Shown here one piece after another: positions 8,288 through 16,583 of a stretch of 34,140 bases of DNA. Position numbers and translations under genes: made by a program. The notes under the pieces were generated by a model that saw only the letters and a program-made list of their open reading frames with translations, had not been told where the DNA came from and did no database searches. Numbering within the stretch: the first letter of the stretch is position 1; every line of letters begins with the position of its first letter. The DNA lies in IMG/VR virus record IMGVR_UViG_3300011338_000237, positions 1 through 34,140 of that record, one strand, 5' to 3'. This stretch comes from a virus (Duplodnaviria; Caudoviricetes).

Positions 8288-8435
8288 ACCTACTGATAAT
8301 CAAATCAAGTTTTTAGAGATGCTGCAAACATTAACCGATGCCGAACTATCGCATCACTTTCCCAAACTCGATCACCTGACAAGGGATGAGAAGATCAAGT
8401 GCATTGTGTTTAATCTTAACTGCAAAAATTATTGA
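8280..8435 (+). CDS. Small hypothetical protein
   Basis: ATG 8280 overlaps the end of the preceding gene (MDKPTDNQIKFLE...). Confidence 0.5.
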   Translation: MDKPTDNQIKFLEMLQTLTDAELSHHFPKLDHLTRDEKIKCIVFNLNCKNY

Positions 8436-8436
8436 G

Positions 8437-8817
8437 ATGCCAAAAGGATTTAAAAGTGGTGGAAGAAAAAAAGGAGTTCAAAATAAAAACGCTCAGCACG
8501 CAGACTTCCATTTAAAGGATTACAAAAATCAATCTTTAGTTTATGTCTTAAAAGCTAATGATAGATTTAAGATAGGATTTACTAGCAATATGGAGCAGAG
8601 ATTTAAAAAAGTGATTGGATTATGCCCTTATCCTTTAGAATTAATATGGACATTGTCAACTAATGATTATAAAAGAATAGAAAAAGCATTGCATAGAGCA
8701 TTTAAAGATAAACGCATTCATTATGAATGGTTTTTGTTGAGCGATGATGATGTAAAATCTATTGTTAAAATAAAAACAATAGATGATATAAGCCATATTG
8801 GAGGATTGTTTAATTGA
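8437..8817 (+). CDS. GIY-YIG superfamily T5orf172/MUG113-like protein
   Basis: VYVLK...FKIGFTSNMEQR...IEKALHRAFKDKRIHYEWF; AT-rich composition. Confidence 0.8.
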   Translation: MPKGFKSGGRKKGVQNKNAQHADFHLKDYKNQSLVYVLKANDRFKIGFTSNMEQRFKKVIGLCPYPLELIWTLSTNDYKRIEKALHRAFKDKRIHYEWFLLSDDDVKSIVKIKTIDDISHIGGLFN

Positions 8818-8849
8818 AATTTCTAAGCCAATATTTAACTCACAATGTA

Positions 8850-8877
8850 TTGCACAATCAAAAAAAGTGTATATTTG
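8850..8877 (+). promoter_or_regulatory. Promoter TTGCACAATCAAA...TATATTTG, probably giving a leaderless mRNA
   Basis: TTG at 8850-8852, -7 box at 8870-8877, ATG at 8882. Confidence 0.65.
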
Positions 8878-8881
8878 TGAA

Positions 8882-9058
8882 ATGGAAGCATCGACTAACA
8901 AGCGAGGGGGCAGGCGCACTGGAGCAGGATCTAAGTTGAAGTATGGAGAGCCAACGATCAACATCACCTTTAGAATACCTCAATCAAAAAAGGATCAGAT
9001 CAAAGCAATGGTCAAGAAGTACCTCTCAACAATGACAACGACATCAAATGCCAACTAA
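8882..9058 (+). CDS. Small DNA-binding protein (RGGxRxGAG motif + ribbon-helix-helix-like)
   Basis: KRGGRRTGAGSKLKYGEPTINITFRIPQSKKDQIKAMV. Confidence 0.65.
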   Translation: MEASTNKRGGRRTGAGSKLKYGEPTINITFRIPQSKKDQIKAMVKKYLSTMTTTSNAN

Positions 9059-9434
9059 CCTACTCACCATCCCCTGCGCCATTGAATCAGTATCGACAAG
9101 GCGAGATAAGTCAATCAAGATCACCATCGGCACGCAGGAGTTAACGCCTGAGCAGATGACCGAACTTATGAATCAATGGATGGGTGGTGTTGGAGTGATG
9201 GCATTCAAGGGCGAGCAGTTCAACTACAACGATGAGCAGATGCTCCAGTCAATGAAGATCGATGCTCAGGAGATGGGCAGCAAGACACCAAGCCAACGAC
9301 TTCGGGCAGTGCTTTACATTCTTTTTGAGCATAACGCAGAAGGGCATCAGGATTTCAACCTATTCTATAATTCAATGATGGAGCGATTTATCGACATGGT
9401 AAAGAAGCGCATCGACACCTATCAAACATTCTAA
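9048..9434 (+). CDS. Phage hypothetical protein (KTPSQRLRAVLY motif)
   Basis: 128-aa ORF coupled to its neighbours. Confidence 0.75.
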   Translation: MPTNLLTIPCAIESVSTRRDKSIKITIGTQELTPEQMTELMNQWMGGVGVMAFKGEQFNYNDEQMLQSMKIDAQEMGSKTPSQRLRAVLYILFEHNAEGHQDFNLFYNSMMERFIDMVKKRIDTYQTF

Positions 9435-9438
9435 TAAC

Positions 9439-9798
9439 ATGATAAGCATGAACAGCATCAGCATTGTCAGCAAGCTAACCGAGCAGCAGCTATCGAAGCT
9501 TCAAGAGATTGGCTTCAGCCCGAAGAACTGCCTCCGTCAATTCCTGCGTGAGGAATTCGACATTGAATTCACTACCGAAGCATGGCGAGATAACAGCACC
9601 CTGCTTAACGGGATCTTCACAAGATTTAAGGAGGTGGTATCAGATAACCTATGGCTGCCCGAAGATGAAGCACATGGAGCAGAAACGCCAGAGGATGCCT
9701 TCGTGATGAGCATGGATGGCATCATTGACTACTGCGTTGATCTGTACAACGAGAGCAACGTGATGGAGATGCGATACATCAAATATCTAACTTACTGA
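9439..9798 (+). CDS. Hypothetical protein
   Basis: Tightly packed + strand ORF. Confidence 0.65.
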   Translation: MISMNSISIVSKLTEQQLSKLQEIGFSPKNCLRQFLREEFDIEFTTEAWRDNSTLLNGIFTRFKEVVSDNLWLPEDEAHGAETPEDAFVMSMDGIIDYCVDLYNESNVMEMRYIKYLTY

Positions 9799-9801
9799 GC
9801 T

Positions 9802-10173
9802 ATGACAATCAGAATCAGATCAGGCATCTTTGTTGATGCAGAGATGGAAGGTAACTACTTTTTTTTCGGCTATCTATCGAGGGCATCATGGGAGTACGAT
9901 GTGGCAGTGGCATTCTCGCACAAGGATCTTCAGATGTTTATCAAGGGCAACAAGGTGATCATGTCAACCGATCAGCCTCAATATAACTTCGGCATCTTAG
10001 TCAATGCAGAAGATCGGGATGGCAATGAGATATACACGACAATGGCATACATCTGCGGTAAACTCAGGAAGTTGGTAATCTATCCTTCGCAGTATAAGAA
10101 GATAGTTGATATAGGAGAAAGCATCAACAAGCTAAGAGAATCCGACTTTGTCGAGAGTTTAATATCTTTGTAG
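9802..10173 (+). CDS. Hypothetical protein
   Basis: Tightly packed + strand ORF. Confidence 0.65.
   Translation: MTIRIRSGIFVDAEMEGNYFFFGYLSRASWEYDVAVAFSHKDLQMFIKGNKVIMSTDQPQYNFGILVNAEDRDGNEIYTTMAYICGKLRKLVIYPSQYKKIVDIGESINKLRESDFVESLISL
10163..10170 (+). promoter_or_regulatory. -7 box TATCTTTG, start of packaging/late operon
   Basis: Matches TAnnTTTG about 25 nt upstream of ATG 10196. Confidence 0.55.
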
Positions 10174-10195
10174 TTCAGAATCAACACTAACAGCC

Positions 10196-10339
10196 ATGCC
10201 ATTATTTCAAGGAGACAGTGATCAGATCATCCAGATGAACATCCGCAAACTGATCGAAGAGGGTTACAACCAACAGCAAGCCATCGCCATTGCCTACGCT
10301 GAGGCAGATAAGTACAAGAAAGCAAGAGCAAGGAATTGA
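10196..10339 (+). CDS. 47-aa small phage protein (MPL..G.S...I..NI......G....QAIAIA type), absent from the ORF track
   Basis: Manual translation MPLFQGDSDQIIQMNIRKLIEEGYNQQQAIAIAYAEADKYKKARARN; motif recalled from phage head/packaging modules. Confidence 0.8.
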   Translation: MPLFQGDSDQIIQMNIRKLIEEGYNQQQAIAIAYAEADKYKKARARN

Positions 10340-10371
10340 TAAATACTAACCTCGTAAAAAACCCGTAAGCT

Positions 10372-10680
10372 ATGCGACAAGGCAGGAATGGTGGTTTGCT
10401 AAAAACGGGAGGCAACAATGGCGGAGGCAGACCTCGCAAGTTGCCCGAACTGGATAAACTCATGGCTAACATTTTGGGCGATGAGAAGAACGGTGTAACC
10501 ATTGCCGAGCAGATCCTTAAAGCCATTGAAAAGAAAGCATTGAAAGGTGATATCAAAGCAGCCGAGATGTTGCTCGATAGAGGCTACGGCAAAGCCAAGC
10601 AGACGATGGATGCTAATGTGAATATGCTTGAGCCATTGGTGATCGTAAGAACAGAATCAGCAAAACCAAAGAACGACTAA
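10372..10680 (+). CDS. terS: Terminase small subunit
   Basis: GGRPRKLPELDKLMANILG...KALKGDIKAAEMLLDRGYGK; immediately upstream of TerL. Confidence 0.75.
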   Translation: MRQGRNGGLLKTGGNNGGGRPRKLPELDKLMANILGDEKNGVTIAEQILKAIEKKALKGDIKAAEMLLDRGYGKAKQTMDANVNMLEPLVIVRTESAKPKND

Positions 10681-10685
10681 AGATT

Positions 10686-12004
10686 ATGCGATTTACGCTA
10701 ACTGAAACCCAAACAACAGCCTACGATATGGCAACCAACGGAGACAACCGAGTTATTGTCTTTGGCGGTGCTATACGAGGCTAACCCCTTACAGCAATGT
10801 GAGGGGGCATGATTAACGAGGCGGTAAAACTTATTGGCTACTGATTACCATCACATACCTTGCTCTTCAATATCCAAGATCGAGGTGGGTTATCATCAGG
10901 CGATCCTTGCCCGATCTGAAGCGTACTACCTTCCCATCCTTCACTTCAATCTTAGCCGATGGCATTGGCGATTATGTCAAGTCTTGGAATCGAGATACCA
11001 ACGTGGTGAGTTTTGCCAATGGATCGGAGTTGATCTTTATGGCTGAATCATTCGATGATGATAAAGACCTCAACAGATTTAAAGGCTTGGAGGTTAACGG
11101 TGCAGGGCTTGATGAGGTGAATGAATTGCAGGAGCAGACATTCTACAAGGTGCAGGAGAGGATCGGCAGTTGGAATCAGGCAATAGGATCACCTCCCATC
11201 GTTTGCCTCGCTACGTGCAACCCTGCAAATAATTGGGTTAAGACTGTGATCTACGAACGCCATAAGGAGGGAACACTACCGGACAAGTGGAAGTTCATCA
11301 CCTCGAAGATTACCGACAATCCCTACATCCCTGCTGAGTATCTTGAATCATTAAAGGAGTTGCCGCCCGTCCAGTACCAAAGATTCGTTGAGGGCGATTG
11401 GGATGTAATGGACGATGTAACCAACCCATTCTTGTACGAGTGGCAAGATGAGAAGCACATCGATGACAGCATTCAACTTAACTCCAACTTGCCCGTCTAT
11501 GTGTCAGTTGATTTCAACATTAACCCGTTATGTGCTTTAGTGATTCAACAGATTAACAGAGGTGCTGTGGTGGTAGATGAGATCAAGATCGACAAGGGCA
11601 GCGTGGATGCGTTCTGCGATGCTGTGCTTGCCTTGAATGTACCGATGGGCTTGATCAGGATCACTGGCGATGCAATGGGCAAAGGTGGCACTGTGCAGCA
11701 GCGAGATAACTCATCTGCCTATACTCAGATCAAACGCAGGCTTGGGTTAACTGATAGCCAATTCCTGATCCCTGCCAATCCAACGCATTACAACAGCCGT
11801 ATCGATTGCAATTCAGCACTGAGGCGGTTAGACATCAGGGCGAACTCCAAACGCTGTAAGGGCTTTGTGTTCGATGCCAAGCAAGTGCAGTGCGATGCCA
11901 ATGGTGGGATCATCAAGACCAACCGAAAAAACATAGCCGAGCGTGCTGACTTTTTAGATTGTTTCCGTTACTTTGTAAACGCAATCCTAAAGCGTTACTT
12001 ATGA
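10686..12004 (+). CDS. terL: Terminase large subunit, discontinuous: 10686-10781 joined to 10823-12004 (425 aa) across a 41-nt gap
   Basis: Joining restores Walker A FGGAIRG|GKT. Downstream segment has Walker B GAGLDEVNE, coupling motif ATCNP and nuclease motif VSVDFN. The ORF-track product from 10907 lacks Walker A. Confidence 0.85.
10775..10822 (+). other. Candidate translational bypass (hop) element in terL
   Basis: ACGAGGC-TAA-CCCCTTACA-GCAA-TGTGAGGGG-GCATGATTA-ACGAGGC: 7-nt direct repeat, stop codon, 9-bp GNRA hairpin. Confidence 0.75.
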
Positions 12005-12351
12005 GCGTATGTACAGCATGCTTTGATTCAGGAATTATCGTAGACTACTGCAACGAGGGGATCACCTTCGGAGTTGTGCCTGCTGAAGCTACCTATGTGG
12101 TGGATATTAAGCACAATGCAACGGGCAAGATTCAGACCTTCTATAACAGCGAATCAGATGTTGATGGTATGCTTACCATTGTCGGAGCGAAGATCGATCC
12201 ACTGCAAGGCTATACGATCACATTAAGAGGCTGTGAGGTGTTCACTATCTGCGAGATTGAATACAGTTGCATTACCTTCTCGGTAGCCAATACCAATGCC
12301 GATGCTGAAGATGTTGGAGTGATTAACTTAATCGACTGCATCGAATGTTGA
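12001..12351 (+). CDS. Hypothetical Cys-rich protein
   Basis: ATGA overlap with the terL stop. Confidence 0.7.
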   Translation: MSVCTACFDSGIIVDYCNEGITFGVVPAEATYVVDIKHNATGKIQTFYNSESDVDGMLTIVGAKIDPLQGYTITLRGCEVFTICEIEYSCITFSVANTNADAEDVGVINLIDCIEC

Positions 12352-12554
12352 CCAAGCTAAGAATGATCCTTCATGGCTGGATGCTGTGGTGCTTCGATAG
12401 TAAAGAAAGCAGAAAGCGATCAAGGAAGCGGATGATGGAGTGCGTAGTTTGCCCGTATCATCAGAAGCTAACCAACACCTGCAAAGAATGTGGGTGCTTC
12501 CTTCCGGCAAAGACAAGAGTACCAGATGCAGAATGTCCAGTGCAAAGGTGGTAG
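12345..12554 (+). CDS. Small Cys-rich (zinc-binding) protein
   Basis: CVVCP...CKECGCFLPAKTR....CP..RW pattern. Confidence 0.75.
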   Translation: MLTKLRMILHGWMLWCFDSKESRKRSRKRMMECVVCPYHQKLTNTCKECGCFLPAKTRVPDAECPVQRW

Positions 12555-12559
12555 ATCAC

Positions 12560-12805
12560 ATGACTGGCTTCATCATCGTTTCAGCAGTATATCACAGCAA
12601 CGAGATTGATGAGGTGCTTGGCGTGAATAAGGTTGCCGATACGATTATCAATGTTGACTTCATCAGCCATTGCTTCGAGGCGGACGGTGAAGATGGAACG
12701 GTGGTGATCTTGAAGGACAATTCTGAAATCAAAACAAATAACTCATTAGATGAAATCATCCAAAAGATTCGCAGATCGACTGCGATCAATATTTTTGCGC
12801 AGTAA
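12560..12805 (+). CDS. Small protein with FlbD/SwrD-like pattern
   Basis: IINVDFISHCFEA...TVVILKDNSEIKTNNSLDEIIQKI. Confidence 0.5.
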   Translation: MTGFIIVSAVYHSNEIDEVLGVNKVADTIINVDFISHCFEADGEDGTVVILKDNSEIKTNNSLDEIIQKIRRSTAINIFAQ

Positions 12806-13373
12806 AGACACCAAGCCATTGCGACCAATGGTGGAACTGTTCAAGCACGAAGGTTATACCTACTATCGATTCCCAAAGGAAATGAACCTACCATTGGAAA
12901 GGTTTGCGATGTCGATGGGATTGATGGAGCGTATATCTTCTGGGCTTAGTGGATCGGAGATGGAGGGCATCTTGCAAGGGATGGAGAAAGCACTATCGGC
13001 AGGGCTATCCAATCCAAAGAACGCAGCAGTGGTGGCAGGCTACATCCATGTCATTAGAGAAAGACAAGACACCGTTATCCACAGAGATTTATTGCTCAAC
13101 CTTGCTGCTTGTTGGGTGGTTCGCAGTGATGAAGATGTTGCAGTAGTTGATCCTGATATTCACAGTAAGAAATTAGAATTGTTTGAAGCGATGTGCAAGG
13201 AGGCATCGCATGATTTTTTTACTCGCTTGGATATAGATCCGCTGATGCCATTACTAACTATGTCAGCCGATACGTTTCAGAACTTATGGGAGTACAACGT
13301 GGAGGCACAGCGCAACCTAACCAAAGCCTTAACGCATCTGGATTCTCACCTCGACAAAGGGCAAAGAAAGTAA
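12750..13373 (+). CDS. Tail assembly chaperone (G-like); -1 frameshift at 13214-13220 would give a GT-like product ending at 13522
   Basis: Lies directly upstream of the tape measure. The -1 frame opens exactly at a T-TTT-TTT heptamer and runs to 13522. Confidence 0.7.
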   Translation: MKSSKRFADRLRSIFLRSKDTKPLRPMVELFKHEGYTYYRFPKEMNLPLERFAMSMGLMERISSGLSGSEMEGILQGMEKALSAGLSNPKNAAVVAGYIHVIRERQDTVIHRDLLLNLAACWVVRSDEDVAVVDPDIHSKKLELFEAMCKEASHDFFTRLDIDPLMPLLTMSADTFQNLWEYNVEAQRNLTKALTHLDSHLDKGQRK

Positions 13374-13522
13374 TTGAAGATTTTAAGGCTCAGTTGATGA
13401 GTTTGGCAGCAGGCAACATCGTTGAGTTCAATGAGTTAATGCGTGGCGATGTATCGCTTTATTTGCTTAAATTTGAGCAATTCATAAAGCACCAACGCAA
13501 AGATGGCACAAGCAGAAGTTGA
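13214..13522 (+). CDS. Frameshift-accessed T-like extension of the tail chaperone
   Basis: -1 frame: TGA(13211) then TTT TTT TAC ... LMSLAAGNIVEFNELMRGDVSLYLLKFEQF ... stop 13522, overlapping the tape measure start. Confidence 0.65.
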   Translation, partial: FFYSLGYRSADAITNYVSRYVSELMGVQRGGTAQPNQSLNASGFSPRQRAKKVIEDFKAQLMSLAAGNIVEFNELMRGDVSLYLLKFEQFIKHQRKDGTSRS

Positions 13523-16500
13523 GATAATCTACAAGGCTAACGCTACAAGCCTTGAAGCATCAGTCGGCAAGATTACACAAGTCAATGATGAACTTGTAAA
13601 AGGAGCAGCAGCCACATCGAAAAAGGTTGCCGATGAATTTAAGAAGGTAGGCGGTGCAGCAGCAGCAGCCTTCGGCAGTCAGCAAGTAAAGGCTGCACTG
13701 GATCAACTCAATAAAGAATCAGATAAGCTAACTGCCAATCTAAAGGAATTGCAAAAGGAGCAAGTTCTTTTGGTTGCTTCTGGCAATCGAGTGAGCAAGG
13801 CATATCAAGATAATGCAAAGGCTCAACTCGTTCTAAAGAATCAGATCAGTCAGGTTAATGCCGAGCAGCAGCAGTTGAATCAGACCTTTGAACAAACTGA
13901 AACAAAGCAGAAGTCTTTAACTGGTCAATTAAGATTATTAAAGCAGGAGTTATCATTGCTTGAACAATCAGGTCAAGATAACTCTGATCAATTCAGAAAG
14001 CTAACCATAGAGGCTGCCAAGTTAGAAGATCAGATCGGAGATACAAGGGAGCGAGTGAGGGTGTTATCATCTGACACATTCAAGTTCGATGCTGCGGTTG
14101 GTGCTGTTGGTGCTTTGTCATCAGGCTTTGAAATTGCGCAAGGTGCTGCTGCATTGTTTGGTGAAGAGAATAAGAACCTACAAGAAGCAATCAATAAGAC
14201 TACGGCAGTTACAGCCATCGCCAATGGAGTAAATCAACTTGCTAATCAGATAACTGGTCAAGGACCATTGAAGTTGGCATTGTTAGCAGCAGGGCAGAAA
14301 GCGGTTGCTGTTGCCACTGCGATAAGCACTGGAGCGATCAGTGCATTCAAGGTGGCATTGGCAGCAACGGGGATCGGGCTATTCTTGGGTGCGATTGCAA
14401 TAGTTGTTGATAGATTACAGTCAGCAAGCAAAGCACAAAAGGATTTTAATGCTTCGTTAGTATTGTTAAAATCTGCTGCTGAGAATAGTAAAAAAGCATT
14501 AGAAGATATTGCCAATGCTTCTAAATCTGCTGAGGATAAACTTGCTTTACTTACTAAGAGTAAAACTCAGTTAGACCTTGATCGATCAGCAGCAATTAAA
14601 GAGCGTGAAGAAGTAGCCAAGAAATCAGTAAATGTTGAGATAGGCGCACAAACAAAAGCAGTTCAGGCGTTAAAAGGTTTAAGTCAAGAATACAGAGATT
14701 CACGAATAGCAGATGCAAGGGCAGGAGCAAAAACGGGAGATATCATTGCAAGTGAAGAAACTAAAACACTTGAAAAGAAAATTGCTGAACAAGAAAATCT
14801 AATCGCTGAATCACAAAGAACTGCTACAAAGATTATTATAGATTCACAAAACGCTATATCAAATATTAACAAACAGTTTGATGAAGCTGAAAGAATTGAG
14901 CGTGAAGAGAAAGAAAAGGAAGCAGCAAAGAAAGCATTAGAGATTAGCAACAAAGCAGCACAAGATCGATTAAAGATCGTTGAAGAAACAATCCGAAAAG
15001 AGATACTAATCGATGGCGAATCACAGCAGGAGCGAATTGATTTGGCTAAAAACTTAGCAGATCAGGAAAAGTTAAATGCTAAACAAACGATTGAGAACGC
15101 CACGCTAAGGGCAGCAACCATCGCAAGGATCGAGCAGGAACTTGCCAACAACATCGAAGCAATCAAACTTGATGAGCGTAAGAAGGCAAATGAAACTCGT
15201 ATTCTGGAACTTGAAGCAGTACAAGCAGCAGGCAAGTTAGAGATCGATCAGGCTATTGAACTGGCTAAGGCAAAAGCAGAAGCGGAGAAGATCGCAGCAG
15301 GCGGTGAAACCGATCCTGCCAAGAGAAAAGCATTGGAGGCTAAGGCAGAAGCAGATGGTGAAGCAGCCATCAAGAAGATCAAGGCTGATGGATTCCAAGC
15401 CGATGTTGAACTGTTCACAGCCAGATTAAAGTTACAGCAGGAACTTGGTGATTTTAGTATAGCAACACAAGAGAGGTTAATTGATATTGAGTTTAAGGGC
15501 AAGGAGGCTGCATTAAAAGCATCAGCCGATCAAACCGTAGCAGGACAAAAGAAGTTAGCACAAGACTTGCTAAAGCTTGAAGCCGATAAGCAAAAGGCAT
15601 TATTGGATATAAAGCAAAATGCAGCCGATAAAGAGATTGAACTTGACATTCTTAGGATTCAAACTTTGGAGGCATTAAACAAGGCTACATTGGATGATAA
15701 GAAGCAGTTAATCAATGACGAGTTAAAGCTAAAGATCAATGCCATAGATCGAGAGTTAGTAGCGGAAGATGAGAAGGAAAAGAAGCGAGCATTGGCAAGG
15801 GCAAAGGCTAATAAAGAGATTGAGGCTTTAGATGCCGAATCAAAGCAGAAGCAAATTGATGACATTCTTGATATTTCCAATGCAACTGCTGATGCCTTTG
15901 GTGCTATACTTGAACTTCAAAAGCAAGTATCTGAAAATAGAATTGCGGAAATTGAGCAGGTTCGAGATACAGAGATTGCAGCCATTGAGAAATCAACAGA
16001 TTCAGAACGTAAAAAGCAGGACAAGATCGCAGCAGCAAACCTACGGGCGCAGCAAAAGATCAAAGTAGAAAAGACAAGACAAGCACAAGCAGATAAAGCA
16101 CTGGCGGTTTTTCAGGCTATCATTGGAACTGCTGCTGCTGTTGCATCGGCAAAGACAATACCTTTGAAAGTTCTTGCAGGAATTATTGGAGCAGCACAGT
16201 TGGCTATCATTCTATCTCAGCCAATCCCTAAATTCAAAAAGGGTGGTATGGTTGGAGGCAAAAGCCATGAGGCAGGCGGTACAATGATCGAGGCGGAGAA
16301 AGGCGAGTTCGTGGTTAACAAGTCATCAGTGGCACGTCATCGGGATGCTTTGGATGCGATGAATAGATCATCTGTTGCATTTAAGAAGTACATTGATGAT
16401 CGCTATGTTCGCCCTGCATTGATGGACTTCGCCAATAAGAACAAAGGTGCTAACGTAACAGTTAACGCATCGCTCAACAGCAAGTCAATGGAGAAAGAGA

Positions 16501-16583
16501 TTAAGGGGCTGCGTAAGGATCTTAAAGGAAGATCAACAGTGGTTAACATTAACGCATCAGATTCACGCTACCAATGGCAGTAG
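13503..16583 (+). CDS. Tail tape measure protein
   Basis: 1026 aa, Ala/Lys/Glu-rich helical protein with hydrophobic segments (ALAATGIGLFLGAIA) and C-terminal FKKGGMVGGKSHEAGG...EAEKGEFVVN motif. Confidence 0.85.
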   Translation: MAQAEVEIIYKANATSLEASVGKITQVNDELVKGAAATSKKVADEFKKVGGAAAAAFGSQQVKAALDQLNKESDKLTANLKELQKEQVLLVASGNRVSKAYQDNAKAQLVLKNQISQVNAEQQQLNQTFEQTETKQKSLTGQLRLLKQELSLLEQSGQDNSDQFRKLTIEAAKLEDQIGDTRERVRVLSSDTFKFDAAVGAVGALSSGFEIAQGAAALFGEENKNLQEAINKTTAVTAIANGVNQLANQITGQGPLKLALLAAGQKAVAVATAISTGAISAFKVALAATGIGLFLGAIAIVVDRLQSASKAQKDFNASLVLLKSAAENSKKALEDIANASKSAEDKLALLTKSKTQLDLDRSAAIKEREEVAKKSVNVEIGAQTKAVQALKGLSQEYRDSRIADARAGAKTGDIIASEETKTLEKKIAEQENLIAESQRTATKIIIDSQNAISNINKQFDEAERIEREEKEKEAAKKALEISNKAAQDRLKIVEETIRKEILIDGESQQERIDLAKNLADQEKLNAKQTIENATLRAATIARIEQELANNIEAIKLDERKKANETRILELEAVQAAGKLEIDQAIELAKAKAEAEKIAAGGETDPAKRKALEAKAEADGEAAIKKIKADGFQADVELFTARLKLQQELGDFSIATQERLIDIEFKGKEAALKASADQTVAGQKKLAQDLLKLEADKQKALLDIKQNAADKEIELDILRIQTLEALNKATLDDKKQLINDELKLKINAIDRELVAEDEKEKKRALARAKANKEIEALDAESKQKQIDDILDISNATADAFGAILELQKQVSENRIAEIEQVRDTEIAAIEKSTDSERKKQDKIAAANLRAQQKIKVEKTRQAQADKALAVFQAIIGTAAAVASAKTIPLKVLAGIIGAAQLAIILSQPIPKFKKGGMVGGKSHEAGGTMIEAEKGEFVVNKSSVARHRDALDAMNRSSVAFKKYIDDRYVRPALMDFANKNKGANVTVNASLNSKSMEKEIKGLRKDLKGRSTVVNINASDSRYQWQ

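Noticed and set aside
10801-10811. GAGGGGG as a Shine-Dalgarno sequence for re-initiation at ATG 10809
   Set aside because: That ATG is out of frame with terL and opens only an 11-codon ORF; the G-run is the 3' arm of the hairpin, and Bacteroidota rarely use SD pairing.
10782-10822. terL interruption as stop-codon reassignment/readthrough, simple frameshift, group I intron or intein
   Set aside because: TAA, TAG and TGA all end genes normally here. The downstream frame has its own TAA at 10814-10816, so readthrough or a simple shift cannot reach it, and extra residues would disrupt the P-loop. 41 nt is far too short for a self-splicing intron or intein.
10907-12004. ORF-track TerL start at TTG 10907
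   Set aside because: The product would lack the Walker A motif; the frame is open from 10817 and its upstream part carries GGKT.
13364-13370. A-AGA-AAG before the chaperone stop as the frameshift site
   Set aside because: It is an imperfect heptamer. T-TTT-TTT at 13214-13220 is perfect and coincides with the opening of the -1 frame. Kept only as a fallback.
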